A stretch of 32,000 nucleotides of DNA, from contig NZ_CP046578.1 in assembly GCF_013365455.1 (NCBI RefSeq), positions 540,001 to 572,000 of the forward strand, given 5' to 3'. This document shows, in pieces, positions 9,779 through 20,563 of the stretch. This DNA comes from Wolbachia endosymbiont of Dirofilaria (Dirofilaria) immitis (lineage in GTDB: Bacteria; Pseudomonadota; Alphaproteobacteria; Rickettsiales; Anaplasmataceae). A program made the translations under genes and the position numbers. Under the pieces are notes generated by a model. That model saw only the letters and a program-made list of their open reading frames with translations. It searched no databases and was not told the DNA's origin. Every line of letters begins with the position of its first letter. The first letter of the stretch is position 1.

Positions 9779-12340
9779 TTAAACCTTTTTAATTAAGATT
9801 TCATTATTAAGGGCATATACTATTAACTCACTACCCTCTACTACTTCTTCTGCTAAAACTAACTTAGCTAGATTATTTTGAATACACTCCTGTATTACCC
9901 TTTTTAGAGGCCTTGCCCCATATTCAGGGTCATAGCCAGTTTGTGCTATTAATTCTTTAGCTTCCTGTGATAAACTTATACTTAGTTTAAGTTTAGCAAG
10001 CGTTCTTTGTAAATGAGAAAACTGAACATCTATTATTCTATAAATATCATCCTTAGTTAAGCTGTGAAATATAATAACCTCATCTAACCTATTTAAAAAT
10101 TCTGGACGAAATGCTAGCTTAACTATTTGCATCACTTCACTTTTCACAGAGTCAGCAATTCCCTTTAGCATTATTTCAGCACCAAGATTAGAAGTTAAAA
10201 TTAGTATAGTATTACGAAAATCAATCAATTTACCGTGGCTATCAGTCAGCCTACCTTCATCTAAAACCTGCAACAATAGGTTAAATATATCCGGATTTGC
10301 CTTTTCTATTTCATCAAATAAGATCACCTGATATGGTCTCCTTCTCACTGCTTCAGTCAATCTTCCTCCTTGTTCATAGCCAATATACCCTGGAGGTGCA
10401 CCAATCAGCTTTGAGACAGAATGTTTTTCCATATATTCAGACATATCAAAGCGCAAAAGTGCTCCTTGGTTATCAAACAAAAACTCAGCAAGAACTTTTG
10501 CTAGCTCAGTTTTTCCAACTCCAGTTGGACCCAAAAATAAAAATGAACCAAAGGGACGATTAGTATCTTGCACACCAGAACGAGAGCGCCTAACTGCATT
10601 ACTTACTGCTTCTATCGCATCCTTCTGCCCTATCACCCTTTTCCCTATTTCATTTTCCATGCTAAGAAGCTTTTCTTTTTCACTGTGCATCATACTATCA
10701 ACCGGAATACCTGTCCATTTTGAAACAATATTTGCAATATCATTTTCAGCAACTTCTTTTTTTAGAAAACTATCAGTAACTTTCTCCTGTTTTTTTAACT
10801 CATTTTCAAGCTGAGGAATTATACCATACATCAACTCCCCTGCTCTTCCTAAATTTCCACTGCGCTGAGCCAGTTCCAACTCTTTTCTAGCGCTATCTAA
10901 TTTCCCAGCCGTTTCTTGTATTCTAGCTATCCTACTCTTCTCCATCTGCCATCTGCTGTTTAAATCAGCAAATTTGCTATTAAAGGTTTCGATTTCTTCA
11001 TTTATCTTTTTTAAACGCTGCTTAGAATTTTCATCATGCTCTCTCTTTAAAGCTTCTGACTCAATTCTCAGCTGTATTATCTTTCTCTCAAGTTCATCAA
11101 TGACTTCAGGCTTACTATCCATTTCAATTCTCACCCTGCTTGCTGCTTCATCAATCAAGTCAATCGCCTTATCAGGTAAAAATCTGTCTGTTATATACCT
11201 ATTGGAGAGCGTTGCAGCAGCAATTATCGCACCATCTGTAATTCTTATACCATGGTGCACCTCATATTTTTCCTTCAAACCCCTGAGTATTGAAATGGTA
11301 TTAGCTTCAGTTGGTTGAGAGATAAACACAGGCTGAAAACGTCTTGCAAGTGCAGGATCTTTCTCTATATGTTCACGATACTCATCTAATGTTGTAGCTC
11401 CTATACAGCGAATTTCCCCACGTGCAAGAGCAGGTTTCAGCAGATTTGAAGCATCCATTGCACCACTTGTTGCTCCTGCTCCAGCCAAAGTATGAAGCTC
11501 ATCTATAAACAAAATAACTTTTTCTTCCGTTTTTACAAGCTCATTAATAACCGCTTTTAGCCTTTCTTCAAACTCTCCTCTAAATTTTGTTCCAGCAATT
11601 AATGCGCCAAGATCTAAGGCTAAAACCTTAGCATCACGTAAACCAAGCGGCACATCGTTTGTAACAATTCTATTTGCTAATCCTTCCACTATTGCAGTTT
11701 TTCCAACACCAGGCTCACCTATTAGCACTGGATTATTCTTTGTCCGCCTGAGTGATACCTGTATAGTCCTTCTAATCTCATCATCACGACCAATCACAGG
11801 ATCAAGCTTGCCTTGCATAGCAAGCTCCGTAACATCCTTTGTATATTTCTTTGATACAGTCAACTTTCCCCTTACTGTCAGCGGGACTGTACTATTATCT
11901 TTCCTCATTTCTGTAATAACTGAGTTCAACCTCTGCTGTGTAACACCATTTTCTGCTAGAATCTTACCTACAGTATCACTCTTTTGTGCAGCCAAACTCT
12001 GCAGTAATTGCTCAACAGTAACAAATGTGTCTTTATTCTTCCTAGCAATACTTACTGAATCTTCAAAAACTCTTGCCATTTCTCTTGAAAGTTGAAGGCC
12101 ACTACTCCCTGGACCTTCAACTACTGGAATTTTTTTTAGCGCACTATTTATAGCATCAGAGATACCATGTATATCACCGCCACAAGCTACTATCAAATCC
12201 TGAACCAAATCCGATTCATCTTCAAGCATTACTTTTAGTAAATGCTCAGGCACAAAAACTTGATGCCCAGCTCCCAACGCTTTCATTTGAGCACCTTGGA
12301 TCAGACTCTTTGCTTTTTCAGTAAATTTATTCAAATCCAT
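9779..12340 (-). CDS. clpB: ClpB protein disaggregase (AAA+ chaperone)
   Basis: 853-aa ORF with two Walker A boxes (GEPGVGKT and GPTGVGKT). A long coiled-coil middle domain sits between the NBDs, and a Clp N-domain is present. The stop lies only 9 nt upstream of the gdh start. Confidence 0.96.
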   Translation of the reverse strand: MDLNKFTEKAKSLIQGAQMKALGAGHQVFVPEHLLKVMLEDESDLVQDLIVACGGDIHGISDAINSALKKIPVVEGPGSSGLQLSREMARVFEDSVSIARKNKDTFVTVEQLLQSLAAQKSDTVGKILAENGVTQQRLNSVITEMRKDNSTVPLTVRGKLTVSKKYTKDVTELAMQGKLDPVIGRDDEIRRTIQVSLRRTKNNPVLIGEPGVGKTAIVEGLANRIVTNDVPLGLRDAKVLALDLGALIAGTKFRGEFEERLKAVINELVKTEEKVILFIDELHTLAGAGATSGAMDASNLLKPALARGEIRCIGATTLDEYREHIEKDPALARRFQPVFISQPTEANTISILRGLKEKYEVHHGIRITDGAIIAAATLSNRYITDRFLPDKAIDLIDEAASRVRIEMDSKPEVIDELERKIIQLRIESEALKREHDENSKQRLKKINEEIETFNSKFADLNSRWQMEKSRIARIQETAGKLDSARKELELAQRSGNLGRAGELMYGIIPQLENELKKQEKVTDSFLKKEVAENDIANIVSKWTGIPVDSMMHSEKEKLLSMENEIGKRVIGQKDAIEAVSNAVRRSRSGVQDTNRPFGSFLFLGPTGVGKTELAKVLAEFLFDNQGALLRFDMSEYMEKHSVSKLIGAPPGYIGYEQGGRLTEAVRRRPYQVILFDEIEKANPDIFNLLLQVLDEGRLTDSHGKLIDFRNTILILTSNLGAEIMLKGIADSVKSEVMQIVKLAFRPEFLNRLDEVIIFHSLTKDDIYRIIDVQFSHLQRTLAKLKLSISLSQEAKELIAQTGYDPEYGARPLKRVIQECIQNNLAKLVLAEEVVEGSELIVYALNNEILIKKV

Positions 12341-12505
12341 AATATAAACTTAACCTATACTTACTAGTATATATAGCAACTCCTTCCCCAATTTTAAACT
12401 GAAAGCTGTTCACCATTAGGTAAAAATTTACCTTAATGCATGCAACTTAAACTTTATGCTCATATATACAGTAAACTCTTAAAGGTTATGTAAATCCAAG
12501 AACAC

Positions 12506-12533
12506 CCTATATGTTGCAACTAAGGCTTGTCAA
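12506..12533 (-). promoter_or_regulatory. Candidate sigma-70-type promoter for clpB (TTGACA-N16-TATAGG on the minus strand)
   Basis: The minus strand reads cTTGACAagccttagttgcaacaTATAGGg. The -35 is perfect (12533-12528), the spacer is 16 nt, and the -10 matches 4 of 6 (12511-12506). It lies about 165-190 nt upstream of the clpB ATG. This is a sequence match only, in AT-rich DNA. Confidence 0.25.
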
Positions 12534-12540
12534 GTACCTT

Positions 12541-13413
12541 TCATACCGGAAGATGATAAGCCTTGAGCTTGCTAAAAGCTTCTTCAGCATGATATGATGA
12601 CCTAGTTAATGGACTTGATGCAACCATTAAGAACCCCTTAGAATAAGCAATGTATTTATAATGCTCAAATTCCTCCGGAGTAATGTATCTATCAACTTTT
12701 GCATGCTTTGAAGTTGGCTGTAGGTATTGACCTATCGTTATAAAGTCAACTTCAGCATTTCGTAAATCATCCATAACCTGAAGCACCTCTTCTTTTGTTT
12801 CTCCAAGACCAACCATGAGTCCTGATTTTATAAAAAGTTTAGGATTAATCTGCTTTACCATCTTCAGCAAATATAACGAATGAAAATAACGAGCCCTTGG
12901 CCTTATCTTTGCATATAATCTTGGCACTGTTTCAATATTGTGATTATAGACATCAGGTGATGCAATAGCAATCGCTTCAAATGCACCTTTCTTATTCAAA
13001 AAATCAGGAGTCAAAATTTCTATTGTTGTTTTCGGAGTGATTTTTCTAACTTCTTCTATACATTTTATAAATTGATCTGCACCCCCATCTGGTAAATCAT
13101 CACGATTAACAGAAGTAATAACAACATGTTTCAAATTTAACTTTTTTACTGCCTTTGCTAAATTTTCTGGCTCATGAGGATCTAATTTATCAGGTGTACC
13201 AGTTGCAATATTGCAAAATGCACAAGCACGAGTGCAAACAGAACCAAGAATCATCACAGTAGCATGACGTTTATTCCAGCATTCACCAATATTTGGACAG
13301 GCAGCTTTTTCACACACTGTATGTAAGTTATACAACTTAACAGTGTTTAAGGTTTCATTAAATGTTTCACCAGCTGGAACTTTTGTCCTGAGCCATGGAG
13401 GCTTATTATACAT
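12541..13413 (-). CDS. lipA: Lipoyl synthase (radical SAM)
   Basis: 290-aa ORF with the N-terminal [10 protein letters not shown]. It has the auxiliary cluster motif CPNIGEC and the radical-SAM motif CTRACAFC. It overlaps the rpmB 3' end by 8 nt. Confidence 0.95.
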   Translation of the reverse strand: MYNKPPWLRTKVPAGETFNETLNTVKLYNLHTVCEKAACPNIGECWNKRHATVMILGSVCTRACAFCNIATGTPDKLDPHEPENLAKAVKKLNLKHVVITSVNRDDLPDGGADQFIKCIEEVRKITPKTTIEILTPDFLNKKGAFEAIAIASPDVYNHNIETVPRLYAKIRPRARYFHSLYLLKMVKQINPKLFIKSGLMVGLGETKEEVLQVMDDLRNAEVDFITIGQYLQPTSKHAKVDRYITPEEFEHYKYIAYSKGFLMVASSPLTRSSYHAEEAFSKLKAYHLPV

Positions 13414-13720
13414 CTGAAGCGATTAACCCTACCTCTTGCTTTGCTAAAACTTTTTTTAATCTCCTTTTTATTTTCTGTGCTTTCTTACTTAATTTAACCG
13501 CTTTTGTGGTAAGCAAAAAAGCATCAAGATCGCCTTTATAAGCTATAGTTCTTAAAGTTCTTGCTGCTACACGAAACTTAAATTTTTCATTCAATATGTT
13601 ACTCATCAATGTGACACTATGCAAATTCAAGAGAAAGGCGCGTTTTGTTTTATGATTTGAATGTGATACCTTATTACCAAAAGATTTCTTTCTATTTGTT
13701 AGCTCGCAAATTCTACTCAC
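13406..13720 (-). CDS. rpmB: 50S ribosomal protein L28
   Basis: 104-aa basic ORF. The N-terminus [27 protein letters not shown] is the L28 signature. Confidence 0.9.
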   Translation of the reverse strand: MSRICELTNRKKSFGNKVSHSNHKTKRAFLLNLHSVTLMSNILNEKFKFRVAARTLRTIAYKGDLDAFLLTTKAVKLSKKAQKIKRRLKKVLAKQEVGLIASDV

Positions 13721-13757
13721 TTTGATATACCAAATTACCCCATGTACCTAGACTACT

Positions 13758-14099
13758 TTATATGGTAAAATAGTCAACACTCTCTTGCCTAATTTTTATA
13801 TTAAATACTGCTTTATAGCCAAAGAATACCGTGATTCTTTCTATCATAAGAGAGGTCATATGCTGAATTTCAAGTGCTTTACCACCATTTATTACTGTCA
13901 GATATACCACACCTGTATTTACATTTTGTACATAGGAAATCTTTTTTGGCTTTGTACACTCTGCTATCTCTACTCCAACTATGCTTCTCCAGTTTAAAAT
14001 AAGACATATTTCATTTTTACTCATCTTACCCTTCATGCATTTCAAGGCATAACTTTCTACTACAGATTTTAATTCCCTCAGGTTACTGTGTTTGAGCAT
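13758..14099 (-). CDS. DUF721 (DciA-like) domain protein
   Basis: 113-aa ORF. The pattern NWRSIVGVEIAECTKPKKI...GVVYLTVINGGKALEIQHMTSLMIERITVFFGYKAV matches the DUF721 layout as I remember it (W..IVG..IA..T.P, then a conserved L.V....A.EL block). Domain assignment is from memory, not from a search. Confidence 0.6.
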   Translation of the reverse strand: MLKHSNLRELKSVVESYALKCMKGKMSKNEICLILNWRSIVGVEIAECTKPKKISYVQNVNTGVVYLTVINGGKALEIQHMTSLMIERITVFFGYKAVFNIKIRQESVDYFTI

Positions 14100-14984
14100 T
14101 TTTTTACCATAAACTCTTTGATAATTACAAAATAGTGTGATAGGTATATTATTATAAGCTCCAGTAATTATATCAACAACAAAATTAGTTTACATAATAG
14201 ATTCGATAAAGTAACCCAATTGAACAGCTACTACCTCAGAATTAGCATGATAAAAAGATGACCAATCTAAGATAGATTACGTATAACACACTTAAACTTT
14301 TCTATTAAACCACCTTCATCATCTACTAACTCTATCTAAATTGCTTATGTAGAACTAAAAAAATTATTGCAAAACAACCAGTAAATAAATTACTTATTAG
14401 TAATACTAAAATATACCCCATGGAGACATATAGTATACAAAATATTCTGCACTATAAAATAGTTTTTTATCATCCTTTCATCTTGCTATAGATCAAAAAT
14501 CCTTGCATTTTCAGTAAAATATGCTAGAATATAACTTTACTTTTTAGTTTCATACTGTAAAAAAGCAATATTTTATGGAAAGTTTATACTAAAACAGCAT
14601 TTGTTAAATATATTGCAACTATTTCACCTACTAAGTTTCTATGCTGCTATTCTTATTCTACAATTGATTAACCTTCTCCAGTTCCAATTAGCATTAGTTT
14701 AACCATTATTAACTAGAGTGAATTTTCTTCTCTCATTATTATCTTAACCTTAACACTAGAAGCCAGAATTTTACTTATAAGCAAGCATATCAAGTTAGTG
14801 AACATAAATGTACCTTCTTATGCTAAGAGAAACTTCTTTGATAAAAGAATAGCAAGCCTGACACTATTACCAATTACCTACACAGTATCTCTCTGGCAAA
14901 TTCAAATTACAGCAGCCACATAGATATACACCACATATTAGAGCAGTAACCAAGATCATTCAATAGTGGCTACTATTTTTATAG

Positions 14985-15179
14985 TCAAGACCTCTCCTCA
15001 ATCCAAGCCACTTGAATAGCCTCAAGTATTTTTTCATTACAACGTTTTTCATCATCATCAAACTTTTCTAAACTTAAGACTTTTTTTTTAAGCTCAGTAA
15101 ATCTGATATTAATTACATCCTCATCTGGAAATTTCTCTTCTAAAGCTTCTATAATGCTTTCTATATCAAGCCATTTCAT
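14985..15179 (-). CDS. iscX: IscX-like Fe-S cluster assembly accessory protein
   Basis: 64-aa acidic ORF, [62 protein letters not shown]. The blocks IRFT and FDDD....[10 protein letters not shown].EE parallel E. coli IscX (VRFTD...[23 protein letters not shown]). Confidence 0.75.
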   Translation of the reverse strand: [64 protein letters not shown]

Positions 15180-15201
15180 ACTTTTCGCACCCTTTTAAAA
15201 C

Positions 15202-15288
15202 TGGTGCCCATGGGGAGACTTGAACTCCCAAGGCCATAAAACCCACGGATTTTAAGTCCGCTGCGTCTACCGATTCCGCCACACAGGC
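15202..15288 (-). tRNA. tRNA-Leu, anticodon UAA, with encoded CCA
   Basis: The reverse complement reads GCCTGTGTGGCGGAATCGGTAGACGCAGCGGACTTAAAATCCGTGGGTTTTATGGCCTTGGGAGTTCAAGTCTCCCCATGGGCACCA. It has a 7-bp acceptor stem (two G-U pairs), a D-arm GCGG/AATCGGTAGA, and an anticodon loop CTTAAAA. A long type-II variable arm and a T-arm GGGAG-TTCAAGT-CTCCC follow. It closely resembles E. coli tRNA-Leu(UAA). Confidence 0.95.
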
Positions 15289-15300
15289 CTTTTTTTTATC

Positions 15301-15915
15301 CTACCTAGAATAAAATTCTACTACCAAATTAACTTCCATGTTTGCTGAGTAAGGAACTTCAGAATACTGAGGTACTCTTAGATACTTCACTGAATACTCT
15401 TTACTGTTTATTTCTAAATAGCCCGGAGCTTTGCGTTCTTGTTTTTCTGTAGTCTCTATTACTATAGGAATTTTTACTGCGCTCTCCCTTATTCTTACTA
15501 TATCACCAGGCCTTACTCGATAACTCGATATATTAACCACTCTACCATTAACTGTAACATGCTTATGAGATATGAGCTGCTTTGCTGAGTAGATCGTTGG
15601 CACAAGACCAGAATGATATAAAATAGCACTCAATCTTGATTCCAAGATACCAATAAAATTATCAGCTGTATAACCTTTTCTGTTATAAGCATCTAAAAAT
15701 ATACGCCTGAGTTGCTTACTTGAAATTGCATAATAAAACTTAAACTTCTTATGCGCAGCAAACTGCTTACCAAAATCAGATAACCTTTTGAATCCAAGAA
15801 TACCATGCTGGCCTGGAGGATATTTCCTTTTGTTTACTGGATCTTTTACCCTACCCCACAAATTTACGCCAAGCCTACGGCTGATTCTATACTTTCTACT
15901 AATAATAGTTGTCAT
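15301..15915 (-). CDS. rpsD: 30S ribosomal protein S4
   Basis: 204-aa ORF with N-terminus [15 protein letters not shown]. The S4 RNA-binding domain is present ([48 protein letters not shown]). The stop is 12 nt from the tRNA-Leu 5' end. Confidence 0.95.
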   Translation of the reverse strand: MTTIISRKYRISRRLGVNLWGRVKDPVNKRKYPPGQHGILGFKRLSDFGKQFAAHKKFKFYYAISSKQLRRIFLDAYNRKGYTADNFIGILESRLSAILYHSGLVPTIYSAKQLISHKHVTVNGRVVNISSYRVRPGDIVRIRESAVKIPIVIETTEKQERKAPGYLEINSKEYSVKYLRVPQYSEVPYSANMEVNLVVEFYSR

Positions 15916-16027
15916 ATAAAACTCTCACAATCTAACTTTAGATCATTAAGGATTTCAACATTAAGTGTCAACTTGTTTTTATTAATATAATATATTACAC
16001 TTCACCTTTAAGTTTCCTTATCAATAT

Positions 16028-18052
16028 ATGAACCATCTACTTCTGAAATCTATGGCAAACGCCGTCCGTTTTTTGTCAATTGATGCAATACAAAAAGCAA
16101 ACTCCGGACACTTAGGTATGCCACTTGGCATGGCGGATATTGCAACTGTCTTATTTACTAAATATTTTAACCATAACCCTGATAATTCTAAGTGGTTTAA
16201 TAGGGACCGTTTCGTTCTATCAAATGGTCATGGTTCAATGTTACTATATTCCATACTATACCTAACAGGTTATATCAATATAGATGAATTAAAAAATTTT
16301 AGGCAATTCAAATCCAAAACTCCAGGTCACCCAGAATTTGGCTTAACCCCCGGAGTGGAAGCAACAACAGGTCCACTAGGGCAAGGATTTGCTATTTCAG
16401 TCGGTATGGCACTTGCTGAATTAATTCTTGAAAAGCAGTTTGGAACTCATCACTACACTTATGTAATGTCAGGAGATGGTTGTCTTATGGAAGGAATAAG
16501 TCACGAAGCAGCATCACTTGCTGGACATCTTAAATTGAATAAGTTGATAGCTTTTTTTGATGACAATGATATTACCATAGACGGTGCTACTAGCCTTTCC
16601 TGCTCTGATAATGTAAAAGAGCGCTTCTTAGCATATGGATGGAATGTCAATAAGATTGATGGACATGATTTTAACTCTATATCGCTTGCAATTAAGCAAG
16701 CACAAAAGTCTGATAAACCTACACTAATCTGTTGCAAAACTATCATTGGAAAATTTTCAATCTGTTCTGGTACAGCTTCCGCTCACAGTGGTGCTTTTAC
16801 AGAGGAAGACATAAAACAAATAAGAGAAAAATTAAATTGGAATTACGAACCATTTTACGTACCAGAAAATATAAAAAATGCCTGGATTAAAACAGTTAAG
16901 AGAGCAAAACAAAACTATAATTCAATGTTATTTCAGCATATGGCTAAAGAAGAAAAAAAAGAATGGATCTCAGTTTATGATACTAAAATAACAAGATATA
17001 ATGCAGAACTTCAAAGACGGCTAGATAAACGTTTACCAGACAATATTGAAAGCGATCTAACAAACTTAAAGAAACAAATACACAAAACGATGCCAAGTGA
17101 AGCTACACGATCCTCTTTTGGAAAGGTAATGGAGTTTTTAACTGAGTCTATGCCAGAATTAATTGGAGGATCTGCTGATCTTACCGAATCAAATTGCACT
17201 AAATATAAGCATATGAAGATAATAAATAGAAATAATTATAATGGTTCTTACCTCCATTATGGAGTAAGAGAACACGCTATGGCAGCCTGTATGAATGGCA
17301 TGGCTCTTCATGGTGGTATTATTCCTTATGGCGGCACTTTTTTAGTATTTTCTGATTATTACCGTCCCGCTATACGCCTTTCAGCTTTGATGAAACAGCA
17401 AGTTATATATGTAACGACTCACGATTCAATTGGAGTAGGAGAAGATGGCCCAACTCATCAGCCGATAGAGCATTTATCCTCTCTTCGAGCTATACCAAAT
17501 CTATATGTTTTTAGACCAGCCGATGCAATTGAAACTTTAGAATGCATTAGTATAGCATTGAAAAAAAAGGAATCACCTACATTATTTGTGCTTTCAAGGC
17601 AAACCGTGAATTACACGCGCAAATTCCACTTTGACATTGGTCAATCTGCTAACTTATCGAAGCTTGGTGCATATATTTTATGTGAATGCTCAGAAAGATT
17701 AGAAGTAACTATATTTGCTACCGGATCTGAAGTTGAAACTGCAGTCGAAGCAAGAGAAAAATTACAGGAAAAAGGCATAGATACAAGAGTTATTTCTATG
17801 CCATGTTGGAGACTTTTTGATGAGCAAAGTAACGAGTATAAAAAGGCAATATTAGATAATGACAGCATCAAAGTTGCAATTGAAGCTGGAAGTGAAATGG
17901 GCTGGCACAAATATATAGGTTCGAACGGTATATTTATTGGCATGAAAAGCTTTGGAAAATCAGCACCTTACAAAGTACTTTACAAGCATTTTAACATTAG
18001 TGCTGATCATGTAGTAAAATGTGTGTGTGAGAAGCTAATTCATGCTAAGTAG
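16028..18052 (+). CDS. tkt: Transketolase
   Basis: 674-aa ORF. The N-terminus is AVRFLSIDAIQKANSGHLGMPLGMADIA, the ThDP-binding motif is GDGCLMEGISHEA, and the transketolase signature THDSIGVGEDGPTHQPIEHL is present. Confidence 0.95.
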   Translation: MNHLLLKSMANAVRFLSIDAIQKANSGHLGMPLGMADIATVLFTKYFNHNPDNSKWFNRDRFVLSNGHGSMLLYSILYLTGYINIDELKNFRQFKSKTPGHPEFGLTPGVEATTGPLGQGFAISVGMALAELILEKQFGTHHYTYVMSGDGCLMEGISHEAASLAGHLKLNKLIAFFDDNDITIDGATSLSCSDNVKERFLAYGWNVNKIDGHDFNSISLAIKQAQKSDKPTLICCKTIIGKFSICSGTASAHSGAFTEEDIKQIREKLNWNYEPFYVPENIKNAWIKTVKRAKQNYNSMLFQHMAKEEKKEWISVYDTKITRYNAELQRRLDKRLPDNIESDLTNLKKQIHKTMPSEATRSSFGKVMEFLTESMPELIGGSADLTESNCTKYKHMKIINRNNYNGSYLHYGVREHAMAACMNGMALHGGIIPYGGTFLVFSDYYRPAIRLSALMKQQVIYVTTHDSIGVGEDGPTHQPIEHLSSLRAIPNLYVFRPADAIETLECISIALKKKESPTLFVLSRQTVNYTRKFHFDIGQSANLSKLGAYILCECSERLEVTIFATGSEVETAVEAREKLQEKGIDTRVISMPCWRLFDEQSNEYKKAILDNDSIKVAIEAGSEMGWHKYIGSNGIFIGMKSFGKSAPYKVLYKHFNISADHVVKCVCEKLIHAK

Positions 18053-18076
18053 ATTTCTTATATAACATATGAAATC
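18052..18076 (+). terminator. Candidate intrinsic terminator hairpin just after tkt
   Basis: GATTTCTTAT-at-aac-ATATGAAATC forms a roughly 10-bp stem with one mismatch, starting at the last base of the tkt stop codon. It is followed by the T/C-rich stretch CTCTTCTTTCTTCTGCTTT rather than a clean U-tract. The stem is AT-rich, so the call is weak. Confidence 0.3.
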
Positions 18077-18512
18077 CTCTTCTTTCTTCTGCTTTAGTAC
18101 ATGACGCACAACTGTATAAATTAAGATTTAAAAACAGGAGAACAGAACTACTCAACAATCTTTACCTAGCTTTCCTATTACAGAGTACTGAAGCTACCCA
18201 TTTACCTTTAGTCTATGTAGATTAAATAGAAAAACAGCATATTTAATACATCAAATGAATCATATATTTTCTAAATCTAAAGTTTTTTCATTTTCCACCT
18301 ATAATAAGGTGAAACGCGCTTATAAAGCGCTCAAGACATTAAAACCGCTGATGCTACAAGATAAGGTAGTGAATAACTAGTTGTTCAGAATTTCTTTCTT
18401 TTGCCTTTTCTTCTTTACTTGATAAAGCTCTTAAGACAATCTAAGAGGCATAGAGAACTACAAAAGCACCATATTCAAAATACAAGCTCTTCTCTAGATT
18501 ATATAAGAAAGT

Positions 18513-19349
18513 CTATTGCTTAATAATAATACACCTTTTCATCCCTGTTAAATCGTACACATATTCTTGAAAAAATAACCCATACAAAGGAATTATTTTA
18601 TCAATATTACTTTGATCTTCACCTATTTCCAATATTACAAATCCATTTCTCCTAAGGCACCTTCTCAATATTTGAAAGATACTCAAGTAACAGTCCAAGC
18701 CATCAACACCACCATCAAGAGCCATTCTAGGTTCCTTCTGTACTTCAGCTTGCAGATCTTTCAACTTATTTCTTTTGATATATGGAGGATTACTAATTAT
18801 AAGATCAAATGAGCCTCTGCACTCCGTCCATGAACTTGGAAGTATTTTAGCTCTACTAAGCAAGTTATGCTTTTTTACATTCTGGCAGGCAACTTTATAT
18901 GCCTTTAAACTCTTCTCAAAACCGACACCAACAGCATATTCATACTCACTAAGCAAGGATATCAGTAAGCAACCCGTACCTGTGCCAAAATCTGCAATTT
19001 CTAATCTCTGTTTTTTGTTTGGGTAGCATTTTAACACTGCTAAAATTATTGTTTCACTGGCTGGTCTTGGATCCAAAACATGCTGATTAACTATAAAATT
19101 TTTACTCCAGAACTCACGTTTACCTACTATTTGCGATACCGGATACCTTTCTGCTCTTCTTCTTGTTAATTTCCAAAATATCTGTTCTTTCTCTATTGGT
19201 ACTTGATTAGTATAGTTCATAATTATAAATGATCTTTCCACACCAAGAACGTGCTGCATTATGATTTCACAATCCAAATATGGTGATTCAACTTTATGCA
19301 ATGATAACAGTTTCGATCCCTCTTGGATTAAAGTGCTGATCGTTTTCAT
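18513..19349 (-). CDS. prmC: Release-factor glutamine N5-methyltransferase PrmC (HemK)
   Basis: 278-aa ORF with the SAM-binding motif DFGTGTGCL and the catalytic motif NPPY (IISNPPYI). Confidence 0.9.
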   Translation of the reverse strand: MKTISTLIQEGSKLLSLHKVESPYLDCEIIMQHVLGVERSFIIMNYTNQVPIEKEQIFWKLTRRRAERYPVSQIVGKREFWSKNFIVNQHVLDPRPASETIILAVLKCYPNKKQRLEIADFGTGTGCLLISLLSEYEYAVGVGFEKSLKAYKVACQNVKKHNLLSRAKILPSSWTECRGSFDLIISNPPYIKRNKLKDLQAEVQKEPRMALDGGVDGLDCYLSIFQILRRCLRRNGFVILEIGEDQSNIDKIIPLYGLFFQEYVYDLTGMKRCIIIKQ

Positions 19350-20335
19350 TACTTTAAAAACTTGACCTTCTTAATTGTACACAAACATTATGATTTAAGC
19401 CTACTAAAAAAAACACTGCATTCTCCCCATTATTCAAAGTAACTGATACTAGAGATCTAATTTTCATCACACAACTCTACCAAAAACAGTACATCAATTT
19501 GCAACTAAGTTTTGTAAACCCCAGCATCAGCTACTTAAGTGATACCTTGTAGATATATAAGTGCAAAACTTAAGCTTAGAGTAACTCTGTACTAAACTCT
19601 AGTGTCAAACAAAGTTACAACCTCTGTCCACTTCAATTTTACCATCAATTCATGAAGCCTTTCCCCCTAACCTTATTAAGGACCCCACATTTTTTCAGCC
19701 TAGTATTTAAATTATACCATACACTTGATAAAGCTGAATTAAAACTTCTATCAATCTGTCTTGTTTCATATACATTATCTCACTAATTCTCAAACCATTC
19801 CACATTATATAAATCTCCTACTCCGTGTAGCATGCTTTCAAACATTCTTCTTGCTTAGGCTAAACTTTGGCAAACCTTCGCTAATATCAACAACCATTCT
19901 CTAATATACACATGTTCAGTTGCTTCCCGACACGTGCTTCTCCAAATGAATATTTCACTTTTTTCTTATGTAATAATTTCGAAAGTTTTTATGATTAGGC
20001 ACTACCTACCTATATTTTTATGTCACTAATCACACTAGCTATTGGCTTATTTATCTTTCTCAAGCTCTTCCGTTATTTTTTTTGATGCACTTCAGTACTA
20101 AATACCCAATTTTTGCAAAAAATTACCACAAACAATACATTTTACAATTTACTCACCTGTACACAACCTATTTCCTTTTAAAACTAATCAACAAATAGTC
20201 GTTAAATCTCTTTATTAAAAATAATTTACTTATATTTAAAACCTTTCTCACTATCAAATTATAAAATTATAAAATAGAATAGAGATTCTTTTTAATTACT
20301 AATTTTCGCTATTGCTGTTCTGTTATCTTATTATT

Positions 20336-20355
20336 TCTATTGATATCTATTGATA
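20336..20355. repeat. Perfect tandem duplication, 2 x 10 bp (TCTATTGATA)
   Basis: Read directly from the sequence: tctattgata tctattgata. It lies inside the prmC/ccmF spacer, about 210 bp upstream of the ccmF ATG. Confidence 0.9.
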
Positions 20356-20563
20356 CAGAGATTTACTACGATTGCGCCCACAATATTACCTTAACAACTA
20401 ATACTACAAAATAAAAGTGTAAAACTTGATACTTAACTTTTACTTACTGGCACTGTGATTTGCATAGTGAAATATAGAAGTACTATACTAGTCTTATTTC
20501 TGTATTAAAACTTTAACTCCTAGCTCGTTATTAGTAATATCATTGTATAAATACCTATAACTT

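Noticed and set aside
14867-14959. 30-codon Cys-rich minus-strand ORF (MILVTALICGVYLCGCCNLNLPERYCVGNW) 25 nt downstream of iscX.
   Set aside because: Its length is well within chance for this composition. There is no visible ribosome-binding site and nothing to compare it with. It would only be worth revisiting if conserved in relatives.
18316-18330. GC-clamped hairpin GCGCTT-ATA-AAGCGC in the convergent tkt/prmC spacer, considered as a bidirectional terminator.
   Set aside because: It has a 6-bp stem and a 3-nt loop with no flanking T- or A-tracts on either strand. It also lies more than 180 nt from both stop codons.
19350-20563. Possible replication origin, suggested by divergent genes and a large AT-rich gap.
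   Set aside because: I found no TTATCCACA-type DnaA box on either strand; the closest match is ttaccaca at about 20124-20131. There is no dnaA, dnaN or hemE context. The skew of the spacers does not switch sign coherently around this point.
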